A DNA stretch of 62,356 nt, the filler included. It is 10 parts of 10 records of this genome, joined end to end, with 100 filler letters (N's around TTAATTAATTAA, not from the genome) between each part and the next. Parts side by side here need not be neighbours in the genome. Positions count along the whole stretch, not along the records: positions 59,290 to 62,356 come from SRR7504441_3418; 9 more parts are not named here. One strand, written 5' to 3'. Shown here piece by piece: positions 59,313 to 62,356 of the stretch. Below the pieces are notes generated by a model that saw only the letters and a list, made by a program, of their open reading frames with translations, was not told the origin of the DNA and did no database searches. The position numbers and the translations under genes were made by a program. Each line of letters begins with the position of its first letter. Position 1 is the first letter of the stretch.

Positions 59313-62306
59313 ATGAGCCGCCGGGAGCTGGACAGGGTGCTGGCCCAGCTCGGCCGACCGTCGCCCCCGGACCAGGGCGACCGGCAGCTGGCGCACATGC
59401 CCACCGGGGTGGAGGCCGGGCTGCGCGGCCGGGGGGCTCGCAGCGCGCTGGAGCGCGACTGGTTGCTCGAGGCTCTCCTGGCCAAGGTCGGACAGCGGAC
59501 AGAGCCCCAGGGCCGCGCCCGGGGCTGCCAGACCGAACAGGCCGCCGCGCAGCTCGAGGGCCAGCTGGGCCGGCTGCGGGTTGCCGAGGCTGCGGCCCGG
59601 GCCGGGCAGGCCGAGGCCGAGCAGCGGCTGGCTGCCAGCGAGCTGGCGGCCGAGCGGCTGCGCGAGCAGCTGACCGAAGCGCTCCAGGGGGGGACGCAGC
59701 ACGGGCAGGACCCGGCGCTCCGGGTGGAACTGTCGGTTGTAGCTGCCGAGAGAGATGGCCTGCGCGAGACGGCAGCCAGGGAGGCCGCCCGGCGGGCCGA
59801 GGCAGTGGGCCGAGTGCTAGAGCTCGAGAGTCAGCTGGCGGAGGCGGGCGAGGCGCTGGCGGCCGAGGAGCGGCGGGGGGAGCAGAGCCAGCAGGCGGTG
59901 CATGCGCTCGAGGCCGAGCTGGCAGCTGTCAAGAGGTTGGAGCAGGAGCACGAGCAGGCCAGTCGGCACAGGAGCCGGCGGGGCTCGCGGGCCAGTGTGG
60001 AGCCGAGGCGGAGCAGGAGGGCCAGCCGGGTCAGTTTGAGTGGCCTGGAGGCTGCCCCAGTGGGGGGGGCGCCAGTGGGGCAGCTGCATGAGCCGGAGAA
60101 TGGTCGCGCCAACCCACAGACGGAAGCCGAGACCGTGGCTGCGGCCGTTGCTGCGTTTGCAGGTGCGGATAGCAAGCCGGCGGCAAGTGGCGGCCTCCAG
60201 CGGCTGGTTCTCCTTCAGCAGCAGCTGGAGCAGCAGCAGCAGCTGCTGTTGGAGGAGGGCGAGGCACTGGAAGCAGCGAGGAACTTACTCGGAGCTGAGC
60301 AAGATCGGGTGGAGGAGCTGGAGGAGCAGCTGGAGGAGGCCGAGGACGAGATCGCCGAGCTGAGCCAGGCGGGCGCTGCGTTGGAGGAGCTGCAAGGGGA
60401 GGTCGGCTCGTTGCAGGACGACCTCGAGACCCAGGCGGACACGTCGCGTGGGCACGCGATAGAAACTCAGAATGTTGTGAAGCGGCTGCATGCGTGTGAG
60501 CAGGAACAGAACCGGCTCGAGTGGAAGGTGGAGAGCCTGGAGAGGGAGAAGCATGACCTAGAGCTGATGGTGGAGATGGACTATGGCAAGGAGGCAGTCC
60601 AGAAGCGGAAGGCGGCGCTCAAGCTGATCGGCAGGCGAGCTCGCCGGTACGTGCTCAGGCGGAGGCTGAAGTTGATGATGGCCGACCTGAATGAGTTCAA
60701 GAGAATCCCCGACACCAAGGCGCAGGTGGTAGCCGCCACAGCCAGCTTTGTCGGCAAGCAGCAGGAGGCGCTCAGCACGCTGCTAGAGCTATACGTACGC
60801 CCTACCGAAGCCGCACTGGCCGGCTGGCCCGCAGACCTCGACCTGCCGGCCGGCAGGCAGAGCCTCCCTGTCTTCAAGGAGCTCTTCCTGGAGCCGTTCG
60901 GGCAGTCGCTGGCGACTGTAACCCGGCTGCTGAAGTCTATGCTAAACGGGCTGTACACAGCGATGCACCTGAGCCAGCGCGAGAGCAGTGGGAGCAGGGA
61001 GGAGCTCGACCAGGCAATCGTGGACTTCAACCGAGTGGCGCTGAGCTCCGAGATGATAGACGCCGCAGCCGACTTCTTCAAAAGGGGGAACGACATTCAG
61101 GACGCTGTCCGAGACGCCGGCTGGGCTCGCCGCAGGGACCCTGAGCTGTGCAAGCAGTTAGAGCACGGAGACAAAGGGATGATCAAACTAAACAAAACGC
61201 TGCAGGGGGTGCTGAACATGCCCATGTCTCTCGCAGCCACGTTCAAGTCTTTGCTGAAAGATTACATCAAATACAGCAAGAGCGAGAATGCAGAGCTCAA
61301 GTACTTGCAGGAGCAAGAGTCGCTGAGGCTGATTCAGCAGAACTATGCAGACTTTGGTAAAGTGAGGCGGATCTATGATTCAATTGAGATGGAGGGCGCT
61401 CCGCTCAATTCCTGGCAGCTCCGCATGGCCCGGGTTCTGCTCGGCGAGAAACACTCGTGGCATGTCGGGTTGACACTGGGAATGCATGCCACCAGTGTGG
61501 AGAAGGCCTACCAAGCTCGGCGGAAGCAGGCGGGCTCCCCGATGGTCACTAGCTTCCTGCGTGCCGAGCTGCTCGAAGGGCACGTTCTTCTCGCTGAGGC
61601 GGTGGAGCACGATCAGAAGGACGGGTTTCAGTTCCGGCAGCTGATTCCACAACCAAGCAACAACTGGTTCAGCGCCCGATACAGAGTGGGGCTCGTCTTG
61701 TTCGGGGCTGGCTCAAGGCTGATGGGGCTGGTGGTGCGCGGGTTGAACATGGGCCAATTCTTGGAGCAGCTCACAAGTGCTCAGAAGCTGGCGCTGTACA
61801 ACACGATTACCAATACCAGTCCAGCCAGTTCTTGCCCGGCACCCTGCTGCGCTGATAAGACGACAAGCTTGAGCCGCAAGGGCTGCATCGACGGGTCGAT
61901 GATACAGACAACTCAGCCGTCATCTCCAACTATCCTTGACCATGAGCTCAGCAATTATCTGCGCCCGGTGCTCAAGCAGTGGGGAGCTTCAGCAGTGCCC
62001 CCAGAGCTCCAGCAGCTGCTCAACGGGGTGCCTTGCTTTGACCAGGAGTATTTGATTCAGGTAGAAACTGACCAAGCAAAGCAGTTTGAGAATGATATTA
62101 GGCGGGCGCTTCCTGGGCTTGAGGTTTGCGATTATGAAGCAGCTGTAAAGTCGGGGCTCCTAAAGCTTTCCAAGAAGAACAAGGCTTCAAGCAGTAGCGG
62201 TGCCAAGCCGGAAGCCAAGCTCTCAGAAAGTGCGAAATGGAAGCTAAAGCGGCAAAAGGAGCTTGAAGAAGCCCGGCGAATCAAAGCGAGCCTACTGGGC
62301 ACTTAG
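59313..62306 (+). CDS. Long coiled-coil protein with a DH (RhoGEF)-like C-terminal region; start may be partial
   Basis: A 997-aa ORF with an E/Q/L-rich coiled coil, then LSTLLELYVRP, LQGVLNMPM..FKSLLKDYIKYS (DH-like). Confidence 0.6.
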   Translation: MSRRELDRVLAQLGRPSPPDQGDRQLAHMPTGVEAGLRGRGARSALERDWLLEALLAKVGQRTEPQGRARGCQTEQAAAQLEGQLGRLRVAEAAARAGQAEAEQRLAASELAAERLREQLTEALQGGTQHGQDPALRVELSVVAAERDGLRETAAREAARRAEAVGRVLELESQLAEAGEALAAEERRGEQSQQAVHALEAELAAVKRLEQEHEQASRHRSRRGSRASVEPRRSRRASRVSLSGLEAAPVGGAPVGQLHEPENGRANPQTEAETVAAAVAAFAGADSKPAASGGLQRLVLLQQQLEQQQQLLLEEGEALEAARNLLGAEQDRVEELEEQLEEAEDEIAELSQAGAALEELQGEVGSLQDDLETQADTSRGHAIETQNVVKRLHACEQEQNRLEWKVESLEREKHDLELMVEMDYGKEAVQKRKAALKLIGRRARRYVLRRRLKLMMADLNEFKRIPDTKAQVVAATASFVGKQQEALSTLLELYVRPTEAALAGWPADLDLPAGRQSLPVFKELFLEPFGQSLATVTRLLKSMLNGLYTAMHLSQRESSGSREELDQAIVDFNRVALSSEMIDAAADFFKRGNDIQDAVRDAGWARRRDPELCKQLEHGDKGMIKLNKTLQGVLNMPMSLAATFKSLLKDYIKYSKSENAELKYLQEQESLRLIQQNYADFGKVRRIYDSIEMEGAPLNSWQLRMARVLLGEKHSWHVGLTLGMHATSVEKAYQARRKQAGSPMVTSFLRAELLEGHVLLAEAVEHDQKDGFQFRQLIPQPSNNWFSARYRVGLVLFGAGSRLMGLVVRGLNMGQFLEQLTSAQKLALYNTITNTSPASSCPAPCCADKTTSLSRKGCIDGSMIQTTQPSSPTILDHELSNYLRPVLKQWGASAVPPELQQLLNGVPCFDQEYLIQVETDQAKQFENDIRRALPGLEVCDYEAAVKSGLLKLSKKNKASSSSGAKPEAKLSESAKWKLKRQKELEEARRIKASLLGT

Positions 62307-62356
62307 AGCAAAGTTCTCAGTCTAGAGTAACTCTTAGCGCCGATCCTAACGCCGAT

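Noticed and set aside
1-62356. Alternative genetic code or frameshifting to explain the fragmented ORFs
   Set aside because: Nearly all breaks resolve as ~40-nt GT/GC-AG introns, and TAA, TAG and TGA all serve as terminal stops. The only in-frame UGA I found is the Sec codon.

Overview
This window is ten contigs of a gene-dense, GC-rich microbial eukaryote, joined by artificial N44-TTAATTAATTAA-N44 linkers, so adjacency across linkers means nothing. It is probably a flagellate (DRC9/IQCG, CFAP47 and dynein light chain genes). Most genes carry many tiny spliceosomal introns (about 37-46 nt, weak donors, several GC-AG), which is why the ORF track is fragmented. About 27 genes were reconstructed by eye. 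The main finding is a CFAP47 locus (12786-15650) that keeps its own start, stop and flanks but is cut into about 13 open-frame blocks. Some blocks are inverted, some reordered, and others are missing. Two junction pairs are exact reciprocals: a ~1.08 kb inversion bounded by TACC/GGTA, and a ~0.5 kb segment excised with no base lost, circularly permuted and reinserted elsewhere in the same gene. The locus sits head-to-head with an intronless bacterial-like OGG/HhH-fold gene that has a probable NLS. Other findings: a UGA-containing (WUGHC) PDI-like selenoprotein with a clear SECIS, an ankyrin-LOV photoreceptor, a Pls-like membrane NRPS, a GAF-containing formin without polyproline, and a TTLL12-SET/RimK-like fusion. 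All family calls rest on motif recognition, with no database search.
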